From Phoronis australis (lineage: Eukaryota; Animalia; Phoronida): a DNA stretch of 64,000 bases. A program made the translations under genes and the position numbers. Below the pieces are notes generated by a model, which was not told the DNA's origin, did no database searches, and saw only the letters and a program-made list of their open reading frames with translations. Positions 36,923 through 49,301 of the stretch are shown here, piece by piece. Within the stretch, counting starts at the first letter, position 1. Every line of letters begins with the position of its first letter. The stretch is taken from positions 257,625-321,624 of the forward strand of contig NMRA01000353.1 of assembly GCA_002633005.1 (NCBI GenBank), in the 5' to 3' direction.

Positions 36923-38726
36923 CGTGTGCATTATTCATAAGTTCGTAGATGGTTCATGCGTACGATCTGATGCGATGCTCACTGCGTATGATTCTGTGGC
37001 AACCCTGTGAATGAAATCTGTGATCATAGACCTAACTCACGCGGCGGACATTAAAATCCAAAGCGATCAGGCTCACTGCGATAAACAAAGCGGAAATTTA
37101 CATTGTGTGAGTTGAATGGCCTGTCTTTGGAGTCCAACCTGGACATTAAATCTTAAAAATGTGTCGATAATTAACCACAGAGACGTAGAAAAATACATTA
37201 GAGAACAAGTCAATGCACCAAAGAGTTGCCTGACGAAAGGGTATAAGTTTTTTTTCGGAAAAATAGGTTCGAAACATGAAAAGTAAATATGACCAAACTG
37301 CGGCGATCGTCACGGTAGTGTTACGGATTAGGTAGTATGCTAATTGCAGGGTTACGTTTCTTCTTGTAAATTGTTGATAAAAATTCTTTCTACACGACCC
37401 AGGTCATCTGCTAGTATTTTTGACGAGTTGAAGATATATTCGACAATGGTGGCTCATCACGTTTTGCCGTCGTGTGCAATTAGTCACAACTGGTTTAATT
37501 TGTTGATCAAAAGTATTAACATCAAGCATATAGCCTATGTCCTGGTGAACTAGGGACTACCGGGACTGACAAGTGATTTGTCATTGATCTGAAAGAACAA
37601 CTGATGTTTTTAAATATATTTTTATTAAAACAAAAAACCAGGCTCGTAATTGAAAATAAAAATTATTTGACCGGTTTTTAAATTTTGAAAAAATATAAAA
37701 AACGAGCACAGCCTCAAAAATAGCTTTCGCATTATATCCAGGTTCTCATTCACTCCCTTGCACACATTCACAAGTAATGATTTGACCATCAATTCTGTTT
37801 TCTTGGTTTTAATAATTCTTACATACGTCTATTTCATGTGTTAGGTTTCAAATATGGATAAAGTTGAATTTTAAAATTAAAACACCTAACTCGTTCGTCC
37901 AAAGCATTACCTTGTTTTTGAGCTCAATTTCAGTTAACTGCACAGACACAGCAAACGTTTCTTCAGGGCGGCCTCGTTCATCCGGGGACTGGTGCTTGTC
38001 TGTCTTCGTGAGAGGGTCATTTTTTCGCCGAGTGAGGGAAAAATCTACCTCCAGATCATCATCAATAGCACACCCGTCCTGTGCTTTTTCAAATTGTCAC
38101 CTGTGTTAATACAAAACTTCGGAGAGAACTTTTCAATCACTAGGGGAAATTTTAGGGCCTCGTGGGGGGGGGGGGATTTCGGGGGATTTGTCAATATTTT
38201 TGAGAGGGGATTAGGGCTGATATTCGGCCCAAAAATCGAGGGATTGAAGGCCCTATCTTTTTTGGAAAGAAACATGCATCATCTTTCAACTCGTAGTCAT
38301 GAAAACACAGTCTGGCTGACCGAAGATTCTCCGGTCGTTGCTATGACGCTCGGCAACCGAGATACGACAAAATATGATCTAACCAAGGAGTGTACTAGTA
38401 CAGGAGAGTTCACTCCGCCATTTTACCATTCGCCGCAATGGTTACCGATCGAAACACAAGCGCCCCAAGCGCTGAATAATCAACACTTAGTTAGGAGCGC
38501 AGTCCGAACAATGTAAACACTGATAAATTCATACTTTAATGACATTCAACGTGCAATAAAATTACTGTGTGATTGAAAATGGTTGGAATACATAAACTAA
38601 CATCCACTTACAATAGAATGATAAAGAAAATGTGTATTTTAATCAATATTAAAGTGAATTTGTTTTTATTCTCTTGAAGTTCTCTTCAAAATCCACCACG
38701 GTTTTGTTTCATGTTTGAGTTCTTAA

Positions 38727-39350
38727 AGGCGAAGGCAACCTTTTTCCATGTCATTTTGAGCTAAAATAAGGTTGGCTGGTTATCCTAGACATATTTTTCA
38801 CTTAATTACAGCTTTTCGTAATTTTATTACTTACTCGTCCGCTTTTCCGGAAGTGACGTTTTAGGAGGCAAGCGCTTCCCGCCACTTGGTTTTGCGTTGA
38901 GCTTACTGTGCGAATCTGTTCTATTCTACTTTTGTTTTGTGCTATTTTTCACCAATTGTCGCCACCACTTTCCATCGGCGAGTATTCTGCGGCAAGATAG
39001 GTTAGTAGAGAACTCAACTGCGTTGGATTTAGGGATTGTTTAGTGTGTTGTAAGCTGAAAATGGCTGGAGTCGGTGACCCGTATCACAGTGACAGTAGTG
39101 TGAGTGACGGAGACCTTGTTCACAGCAGTGGTGACGAGGAATTTTTTCACGGACATTCAGTGGGTGGGTACATGTTTGAGCCCGAGTACAACGAGGCAGA
39201 GTACACACAGGCACAGGCAGCTGTTGAGAGAAACGAGGCGGCTACTGAAGACAGACGTGGTGACACATCTTGGTGCAAATGCACTGTGTGCGTTGTTATG
39301 CCTACCTCAATTGAATGCTTGTGCTGTTCCGAGTTCCACATCAATTATCT
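38727..39350 (+). mobile_element. Left end of a Kolobok-like element encoding a KolX / P2X7-C-terminal-like Cys-rich protein (runs into gap)
   Basis: Starts TTAA|AGG exactly where homology to the inverted paralog (61499-61843) breaks. ORF from ATG 39061: acidic N-terminus, GYMFEPE, WCKCTVCVVMPTSIECLCCSE. Confidence 0.7.
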
Positions 39351-41249
39351 NNNNNNNNNNNNNNNNNNNNNNNNNNNNNNNNNNNNNNNNNNNNNNNNNN
39401 NNNNNNNNNNNNNNNNNNNNNNNNNNNNNNNNNNNNNNNNNNNNNNNNNNNNNNNNNNNNNNNNNNNNNNNNNNNNNNNNNNNNNNNNNNNNNNNNNNNN
39501 NNNNNNNNNNNNNNNNNNNNNNNNNNNNNNNNNNNNNNNNNNNNNNNNNNNNNNNNNNNNNNNNNNNNNNNNNNNNNNNNNNNNNNNNNNNNNNNNNNNN
39601 NNNNNNNNNNNNNNNNNNNNNNNNNNNNNNNNNNNNNNNNNNNNNNNNNNNNNNNNNNNNNNNNNNNNNNNNNNNNNNNNNNNNNNNNNNNNNNNNNNNN
39701 NNNNNNNNNNNNNNNNNNNNNNNNNNNNNNNNNNNNNNNNNNNNNNNNNNNNNNNNNNNNNNNNNNNNNNNNNNNNNNNNNNNNNNNNNNNNNNNNNNNN
39801 NNNNNNNNNNNNNNNNNNNNNNNNNNNNNNNNNNNNNNNNNNNNNNNNNNNNNNNNNNNNNNNNNNNNNNNNNNNNNNNNNNNNNNNNNNNNNNNNNNNN
39901 NNNNNNNNNNNNNNNNNNNNNNNNNNNNNNNNNNNNNNNNNNNNNNNNNNNNNNNNNNNNNNNNNNNNNNNNNNNNNNNNNNNNNNNNNNNNNNNNNNNN
40001 NNNNNNNNNNNNNNNNNNNNNNNNNNNNNNNNNNNNNNNNNNNNNNNNNNNNNNNNNNNNNNNNNNNNNNNNNNNNNNNNNNNNNNNNNNNNNNNNNNNN
40101 NNNNNNNNNNNNNNNNNNNNNNNNNNNNNNNNNNNNNNNNNNNNNNNNNNNNAGGAGTGCTAAACAGGTAAAAACCAATGGGTATGTATGCCACATGGGT
40201 GTTGAGCCCCTCCCATCGTCACACATTTTGGTTGCTCCCCTGACCATTGACAAACATGTTGCTCCCAGCTCACTGCTGGTTTCATCTCCACCCAACAATT
40301 CTGCATGTGTTCCCTATTCAATGCACCTGGATACTAGCAATGCGAACAATTGTTTTGTGCAGTGGGTGTTACACAAGTGAGAAGAAGAAAGCAAGGCAAT
40401 TCATCAGTACCACAAAATCGTAATACAATTTTAGAACATTCCATTATTTCTTAGACATGCCAGTATAGGGCTCAATCCCACTCTCCCACTCACCAACAGT
40501 TACAAGTCACTTGCTAATCTGTAGAATAGCTCATAACTTACAAAATGAAGTAACATTGAGTATATCATCACTCATAACTAGTCAAAGTTCAAATGTCATG
40601 ACAAAAAAATTAAGAGGTACTGAACAGCAATCAAAATATTCACTACCCACACAGCTTCATACAAAACTAAATTAAAAAGACTTGGATGATAAAACCAAAA
40701 TTTTATTTTATACACCCACTGTTCCTATTAGTAAATATTTCAGGTAAGTTAAAGCCAGACCACAAGGTCATATCTGATACCTAGCCACAACTGGGGCTTA
40801 AATTAATCACAATCTACAAAAACGTACAAAATAGGAAACACATACACCATCCAATACAACAAGAAAATCTGACCAACCTTGTCACTCTCTATTAATTCAC
40901 TAGTAAACAACAGCAATTTTCGCCAAAGAAATGCGTTATAAATAAAGCTGAAAACTAATTTGCTCACAGAGGTGTTTGTCATCGAGAAGCAAAATGATAT
41001 GGATAGCTTTGATTTAACAAATTTTCAGCCCACCATTCAGACTCTGAATGATCCATCAGTTTCACTTTGGCTCTCTCCAAATCATCTTCATTCATAAAAT
41101 CTTTCAATCTGATCAACCTTAGTAAAGTACGAAAACCAGATTTTGACTAATTGTCCTTTCTACAAGTGATGTTCCAGTAAATGCAAAATAGCCTATTCCA
41201 GAACTGTAATATAATTTCCGGAGAACTTTTTGACCCCGACATCTTCATT

Positions 41250-42184
41250 TTTGGTGGATTCCGGACATCAAATATTATTCGGGCACTGCAGTCAATACCA
41301 GCTTGTTCTTCATTCATGAACATGGACTCCTCGAAGTGATGAGAGCATAACTTGCAGTTCTTGGACAAATAGGCTGCATCTCTATTCATAAGGTCAGCTC
41401 CCAGCGCTTGCATCTGAACAGAAATGAATGGCTGAGAGACTCGGGAACAAACCTCATACTCACTAGGTTCAAAGAAGACTGGTAGCCTACACTAAAGTAC
41501 TGACACTACACTACAGAATTCCTGTCGTACTGTGATTGTGATAGAGACAAGAGCGTTTTGGTTTCAACTGAAAAAAAAAACTCGAACTCAAGCGTCGATC
41601 CACGGATATTTTAACAGGGCCGCGCCCCCGCATCATTGACACATAGAATTAAGTTTTCAATGACGCACTGCTTAACTTAAGTGGTTCAACTGGCACATTA
41701 AAATTATGTTGATTTTTTCACCTTTTCCCCGAGACCCACAGATTCTCTAACTTGACTCATGACAGACTTGTGACCCTACAGTGGCTTTGATTGTGCCATG
41801 GCCATGTCACCAGTCATATTACCCATGGGCATGGGCATGGGTATGTTTTCCTAAATTATCCTTGCGATCGTACGGGTGACATTTTGATTTGTAATTCATG
41901 GACTGCAAGTATCCAAAAAGCTGACGATCACATCGTACGTTCCTCATAGTCCTTCCGCCGGCAGCCTAGCCTACACTGCAAACCGAACTGTGGGAACGGG
42001 ACTGCGATCGACTTGTCTAACAACCGTGAACAACGGACAAAATGAAAGACAATGTATCATATTATTGAATAACAGATAACCCTTACCTTTCTGGATCCTT
42101 AGGAAACCTAAAAAATGACACGTCTGGGGTTTTCGTGGATGAATTCATGCAATTTATCGCATTGCAAAATGCGTCCTTCCCCAT
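41250..42184 (-). pseudogene. Two-exon THAP-domain gene remnant (THAP12/PRKRIR-like or transposase N-terminus)
   Basis: Exon 1 (42184 to about 42087) MGKDAFCNAINCMNSSTKTPDVSFFRFPKDPE(R)|GTAAG. Exon 2 from 41413 CKRW, then after a frameshift ADL..CKLCSHHFEESMF..IFDV. Confidence 0.7.
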
Positions 42185-42637
42185 TGTTTTGGCGCTTCCT
42201 GGTAGACCGGCAGCCCAGAGCACTTAGCATAGATGAACGAGGTACCAACATCTGACCACGGGAGCATTTAAAGTCCACCTCAGTATGTACAGAAATGGAC
42301 GTCTGCCGTTGTCTGCACTCTGGGTGTGACCCCTGGGGGCCTTACAAAGACCCCAAAAAATGAGCTAGACTAGATGTTCGAGGTACCAACCAAAACTGAT
42401 TTAAAACGAACAATAATACCGCACTGAACACCGAATGACCCATGACAGACAAATTGCACTCTGGAATGGGTCCGGCAGAAACCAAAAAAGGACCCCCCAA
42501 AAATGAGCTAGCACATACATTCGAGGTACCACACAAAACCAATTCCATATGATTCAATACATGTCACAGATCACTAAAACACCTATGACAGACAAAATAC
42601 ACTCTGGGTTGTGCCCGGCAGAAANCCTCGTTTTGGA

Positions 42638-44198
42638 CTCGCTGGTTCCCTGCGTGGCGCTAGGTGGGGCGGTAGCCGCGCCAGCACGCAGGTATCACTT
42701 AATTTTCCTCGGTAAAATTTTTTACAGCGGCGTTTCTGATTGGCTAGTCGAATTCTCAACAGGCTGCGCTTTATGCAAACTGGCATGACTGATGGACTGA
42801 AATGTGAATGTGGTCTGTTGTACAGAAAAATTGGTGCTTAAAATTTATGTTCAGGAAATGTGAAGCCTAGTTGTGATTGCGACTTTTTGGAATGCATCTT
42901 TCTACTGTGAATGACTTTTGTTTACGATAGTGTCATGTATTCATACAGTATGAACATAGGCGGATTTAGGGGGGGGGGNNNNNNNCCCCTTGGCTGCCGC
43001 AAAAAAATAAAACAGTAAGAGCGTAGGGAAATGTTGAGTTTATTAATTAACCCCGGTAATTAAAATTATACGGATGAAAAAAGATTTAAATGTGTGCAGT
43101 TTTAGTGTTGGGGGTGTCAAATTCGGAACACGGCGCATTCTTAATTGAACTATGGCTAAGTATAGGCTCTCCCGCGATATCCCAGGCGACCGGCAGTGGC
43201 GCTGCGCACTACGACTCCTTTTCCGTCGTCTGCTCCACTGTGCAGTGAAGAAAATTTACTTCATTTTTTAAAGAAAATGGAACCTGAGTGACGATGAAAA
43301 AACAGAAGCTGCTGGTAATATGTGAATTTTAATCGAAGCCTTAGTGAATCACTCAGAAAGTCGCAATACTCTCTTTGTCAAACCTTATCTTAAGACGATT
43401 TCCAAAGCAATCCCGTCATTATTGCCAACACGAAAAACGGATTTGGTCTTTTGGGCATTTGAAGACTATTTTAAATACGACAAGTTTGTTAAGAATTGAC
43501 GGCACAAAATATAAAACGTGTAATAAGCATTGCAAAAAGAAGTAGGTTTCGCGCGCAAACGCTGTGGACCATAAACAAGTAGGTGTCTTAGTGTGAGATT
43601 AGTTGTTAAGTCGTGGTGGTGTAGTGGTAACGCACGCGCGCTCTATCCGCCAGGTCGCGATTTCGAGTCTTTGGTATTTGCAAATTTTCCAGTGTGACAC
43701 GTTCTCCGTGTTTTTTTTTTCTTTGATGATACTTCAGGAATCAAGGAAATGCTTGATTTTAGAGGTAAAAACAGAAAAATTTCCTGGGCGGGAGGGGGCA
43801 ACCCCCCTCCCGACCTCCCCCCATTCGGTGCCATGCGCATCTACAATCGTGGTTCTGTTTGCGCAAATGCTTACAGCCGGACAAAAATGTTGGCCCCCCC
43901 TTGTGATATCCTAGATCCGCCACTGATGAATAACACACCGGTTAAATCCCCCAGATATGTGTTTATTGTACATGTATGTGCTTCAAGCACACGACTATTA
44001 AACATCACTGCAGAAACGAAATAGTTGCTGCGACGCCACTTGCATGACAAGGCTAAAAAACGTTCACAATCCGCCATTTTTTCACGGTGTTGTAAAGCTA
44101 ACCAATGACTGCCGAGGTTACATCGACCAATGATAAAGCGCGTGCCACTGCGTGATACCTGCGTGCTGGCTGGGCTAAGCCGGCAGGGAACCAGCGAT
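42638..44198. mobile_element. Mutator/MULE-like MITE copy 1 (imperfect TIRs about 60 bp, 9-bp TSD)
   Basis: Termini ctcgctggttccctgc..gcagggaaccagcgat. Flanks cgttttgga/tgttttgga. Paralog at 57209. Confidence 0.75.
42955..43925. mobile_element. Non-autonomous TIR element, 5-bp TSD ATGAA (hAT5-like), nested in a MULE-like MITE
   Basis: TSD at 42950-42954 and 43926-43930. The empty site is visible in the paralogous host at about 57520. Confidence 0.85.
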
Positions 44199-45141
44199 TG
44201 TTTTGGAACGCGCCTCCTGTCGGCGTGAGTTAGGTTTATACGCGCAAGCCGTGACTTCACTATTCACTAGCGGCGCCTGGAGTGTTACCAAGTCTTACTT
44301 CCCGAAAGTACGTCGTCTGCTGTTCATACTTATCGGAAGCGACTTAAACGTACAAATTCCAATTTGTAATATTTTATTTGAAAGGGATTTCCCAACTTTC
44401 AACCATTGGGAATGACTGAATGTTATGACGTCCGTTTTATTACTTTAAACAGTACACACCATGGATTTTTGCACATTTTGAATTACCGGTGGCCACAGAA
44501 TAAATGTATGACGTAAAATTTAGCTAAACCCATGTTTATTTTGTGTAATTAGCTCGAAATTTTTATTTTTCTTTCAATTTTGCCAATTTTCACATTTCCC
44601 GCCATGTGACGTCATGGGTTGAACGCAAGAGATCAGTGACTAGCATTGAACAATGGCGGAGAGCAGTGAATTTGAAAGCGACAACGATTATGAGCAAGAA
44701 TTGAATGAATACTATGAAGAAACGTACGGGAATGGTAGCCAGGATGAGGGAATGGGGTTGCACGAAAGCGAAAACAAGTTTGATGTGCTTCCGGCTGCGT
44801 ACTTTTCTACTTTGAGCCTTACGAACTGGATCCGCCCGCGAGAGAAGCGGCTTCGGGCTCGGCGAGTCAACCCAGTCATCCAACAGACGATCCTGAATTA
44901 AGAGCTGACGTTTCTGAATGATAAATATTGTCCTTTATTGAACCAGGCCTTCATCGTAACATCTCCTGTGACTGGAGTCGAAACACGAGTCCTCAAAGTG
45001 GGCAGAACACAGAGTGGCCCCGGACAGAATCGCTTGGTTCACGATGAGGTCCCACACTCTTGTTCGGCGCACGAAGCGATGCCACTTCTGCGCAACTTTG
45101 GTGTCCTTCGGAACACCGAGACGGTCTCCGCCTGGCTGCTG

Positions 45142-48038
45142 TTAACTGCAGAGGGAAATTGCACTGATTTATCATCCATGTTCTTAAACATCCCCAAAAC
45201 TTCTGAACAAGTGAACATTCCCAATACAAATGTAGAATTGTTTCTTCATGTTGCTCACAGAAAGAACATAAAGACGATTCACTAACACCTATTTTCTTTA
45301 AATAAGAGTTTGTACCAATAATTCTGTGGTTGATGCGGAATTGAAACCATCTGAGTCTGACATCAGAAGTACAATGATAAATTACAGAATGAATTTTTTT
45401 CCAAGATTGAGTATCATCGCATAAGTTAATTTCCCTCTCCCACTTCAATTCTGCGACAGGTTTTACATATAATTTAGAAATGAATACTTCATAGATTTTC
45501 CCAGTCCCTTTATTTTCCGAGGAGATTCGAAAAATATGTTCTGGAAAAAGTGGAGTGACAATAGTACTCTTGTCTCTTAGATGATTCCAAGAACGAAGTA
45601 TTGAACTTCGAATTCCATAAAAATGAGTAATACAAGGACAAAATTGAAAACGTGTACAAAAGGTATGATAATCATAAATATATCCCTTATCAGGGTCAAT
45701 TAAATCGTATACGTACCGTATACCCTTTTGAAACCACTCGTTCCAAAAAATTGGATTACTGTCTATACAAATTTTGGGGTTATACCACAAAGGTTGGTAC
45801 AAAGGATCCTCTATCTCACAAAGATTGATAAATTCGTATAACATATAAAAAATATCCTTCCAAAAAATATTCTTAGGACGGTTAGATACTTCAAGGAAAA
45901 AAACAAGAACCTAACTGAAAAGAGTTATTTTTTATATTAGGAATAATTTCACATAAAATATTTATCCAAGGAGAAGTATTGTTATAATAATTTTTGAAGA
46001 ATCTTCGAATCCAAGTCAGTTTAATAGCTTTGACAAATGACGCAATATGAACCATATTCCCACCTCCAACTTCAGATTTCTGCACCATGGTTTTTCTAGT
46101 GATTCTATCAGAAGATGTACCCCATATAAAATTAAAGAATAGTTTTTCAATGTCCTTAAAAAAGTAGCACTTGGAAGAGGAAGTGTGTAAAAGAGGTGAA
46201 TCAGTTTTGGTAATAAGAAAGATTTGACAACCGTTATCTTACCAAAGGTAGACAAATTTCTTTTTGACCAATTTCCAATGCCTTTTCTAACCTCATTTAA
46301 TTTTACATCGTAGTTTAAGGGAATCATGTCCTGTAAGTTGACAGAGAAGGTAATTCCAAGAGATTTGAACTGGGAACTTTCCCATTTTAAATCTTTTTCA
46401 CAACAAAGCCTATCACCACAACATATCTTAGAACCAATCCATATACAAACAGTTTTATCGATATTGGGTGTCAAACCAGAATACTTAGCAAACTGATCAA
46501 GAAGGTTGAGTGAAGATTTTAAAGAGGTTTCTGAACCATCTAGAAAGAGGACCGTGTCGTCTGCATATTGCATTAATTTATACTCTAAAGAGCCTACTTT
46601 TATCCCTTTAACATTCTCGCATTGCCTCAACATAGATGCCATAATTTCGGCACACAACAAAACAATGAGGTGAAAGGGGATCCCCTTGTCTGCAACCTCG
46701 GCAAATGTTAAAGTAGTTGGACGTAAAGCCATACTGAATGACCGAAAGTTGGACACTTTCATTGAGTATAATAATATCGTCACCAAAATTGAAATAGTGT
46801 AGAACTTTCTTAAGAAATCTCCAGGACACAGAATCAAAGGCTTTTTCAAAATCAATTAATACCAGAAGTCCGGGAATATCCTTAACTTGAGTATATTGTA
46901 AGATGTCATAAATCACTCTGGTGTTCTCTCCCATAAAGCGACCTGGGAGAAACCCAGTTTGATTAGGATGAATTAACTTATTTAAAACAGATTTTATCCT
47001 TTGTGCAATACATGCTGATAATAGTTTATAACTTGAATTTAGTAAGGAGATTGGTCTCCAATTTTTAATGTATTCANNNNNNNNNNNNNNNNNNNNNNNN
47101 NNNNNNNNNNNNNNNNNNNNNNNNNNNNNNNNNNNNNNNNNNNNNNNNNNNNNNNNNNNNNNNNNNNNNNNNNNNNNNNNNNNNNNNNNNNNNNNNNNNN
47201 NNNNNNNNNNNNNNNNNNNNNNNNNNNNNNNNNNNNNNNNNNNNNNNNNNNNNNNNNNNNNNNNNNNNNNNNCACGTAATAAGGATTTGTTAAGTCGCCA
47301 TAGACCTTTACCTCTAACAAATTTAGAGACCAGAATAGTAGTCACGACACAATGATGGTCGGTTCTATAACCTGGGGACGTTTCAATATTTTCTATCCAA
47401 GAGGAAAATTCGTCGGACACTAGAAAAAAGTCCAGACGGGCTTGCTTACAAGGGTTAATTCTGAACCTAGTATAGCTTGTTGTATTTGGGTTACGTAACC
47501 GCCACGGGTCGATCAAATTTAACTGCGACATCAGACTGATAACTTGTTTTCTTGCAGCCGGACTGTTTTGGTGTTTGTATCCTAAACAGTCAAGATTGAA
47601 ATCCTGAACCAGATTCCAGTCGCCGCAAATGATTATGAACTCTGAATTGTAGTCATTGACTACTTGAAGCAGGGTTCTAAAAAATTCAGGGTCATCCTTC
47701 TTGGGACCATAAATATTAGCTAACGTAATTGAGACTCGATTTTCAATAAGTAATTCGATGACAACAAGGTTTCCTTGATCATCAAGATGGATTTTACCAA
47801 CTTCACATTCAAAGTTATTATTTAGCAATATGCAGACACCTCTCGATTCTCTTGTTCCAGGGCTCATGAAAACATCATATCCCCACTGGGCTCTAATAAC
47901 AGAAATTTCTGATTCAATAAAATGAGTTTCTTGCAAGCAATAGATATTACAACACTTCCGTCTCAAAAATTCAAAGACATCCTTTCTCTTAATTGTGTCC
48001 CTTAGCCCTCTGCAGTTTAAAGATAAGATACTAACCAT
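45142..48038 (-). pseudogene. L1/Tx1 ORF2p (APE endonuclease, RT, zinc finger)
   Basis: SLNCRGL, LQETH, NIYGP, GDWN, RLDFFL, TDH; WRPISLLN, DFEKAFDSV, GCRQGDPLSP, QYADDT; RWFQFRINHRI..CSFC..ETILHLYWEC. Confidence 0.9.
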
Positions 48039-48632
48039 GTTCCGACAAAAGACATGACAAATCGGGTCTATCAATTAAAATACTAAGTGTGATGTATATA
48101 GAACGTACACAAGTTGGTGAATCAACAAAAATCTCGCCCAGAAATATGTAAAAACAAAAAACAAAAAGGGAGTGGCTAAAATGTACTTCACCACCTCCAT
48201 GATACACACTGGACATCAGCTAAGGCAATACCCGCATTCATATACCTGTGTTGATATGCAAATCAGTTTTAGACATTATGAAAGACTCAACTGAATAGAA
48301 CACTGCCCACATCAGTCAACTTTACATGCAGATGTAATGGGCCGATGCCTAAAAACAAGCAAAAAAGGACTGGCAGTGTTCTATCTGTTACAAAGCCAAG
48401 TCAATAGTTATCATACCGTAGAAAAGAAACGAAAAACATACATACCGTCAGCAAAAAACTGTGTAAGCATATCATATGAGCAATAAAGCAAACAATATTT
48501 TGCAGTCTTTAATTAATGAAATTTTGGAAACACTATCTACACTCACACGCAGCCACTGGACTTGTTTAACCTGACGACTCTCGCAAGTACGCAGGAATGT
48601 CGTGAAAATTATCCACAGAATACGACTTACGA

Positions 48633-49301
48633 TCAACATGAAGTGTGTCTCTGGTTAGGAAAACAGAATTTTACTGAAGGACACGCCTTTGCAGCTTTCA
48701 AAATCGGGATGAGCGGCTTTCTCCTCTGTACCATTAGCCAGGGGAGATCTTCATTCACAAAGAATTCTGTACCTTTGAAATTCTTGCGCCCCGACCAAAT
48801 TTTCTCTCTTTGTTCGAAAAAGGTGAATTTTGCAATTATTGCCCGAGGTTTTCCATTCTTTTTCACTCCTGTTCTATGCACTCGCTCGAATGAGATGTCT
48901 GTTATGTTGAAAACCGTTTTCAAAACGGAGCATAACTTTTCTTTACAGGACTCCCCGTCGCTTTCTTGTATGCCACCGAATCTAAGGTTTGAACGGCGTG
49001 ATTGAAACTCGATGTTACATAGTTGTTTTTTCAGCTTTTCATTTTCTTCCGTCAGCGCCCTTATATTTGTTTCATTGTTTTTAGAGCGTTCGCTACTTTC
49101 CCCCGCCAATGAGTGAGTTATTGCAATAGAATTCTTGATTTCCGACAGAGTTGAGCTCATACCTGCTAACTGTTCCTTGATAGATGAAAGCCACGCGGGC
49201 TCTGTCTCCGGTACGGTACGAGTTTCGCTACTCATTGAAACTGACCTCGTAGCCACAGAATAATCAGCAATAGTCTTCTTCTGTTTGGAGAGACCCATCA
49301 T
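48633..49301 (-). CDS. L1-type ORF1p (coiled coil + RRM), C-terminally frameshifted
   Basis: QSRRSNLRFGGIQE, FERVHRTG, PRAIIAKF, FVNEDLP. Confidence 0.8.
   Translation of the reverse strand: MMGLSKQKKTIADYSVATRSVSMSSETRTVPETEPAWLSSIKEQLAGMSSTLSEIKNSIAITHSLAGESSERSKNNETNIRALTEENEKLKKQLCNIEFQSRRSNLRFGGIQESDGESCKEKLCSVLKTVFNITDISFERVHRTGVKKNGKPRAIIAKFTFFEQREKIWSGRKNFKGTEFFVNEDLPWLMVQRRKPLIPILKAAKACPSVKFCFPNQRHTSC

Noticed and set aside
37200-38350. Possible transposase/PHD-like fragments
   Set aside because: Too decayed to name by eye.
39345-40380. Long ORFs of 280-445 aa (also 47039-47355 and 59578-60354)
   Set aside because: Artefacts of translating through N gaps.
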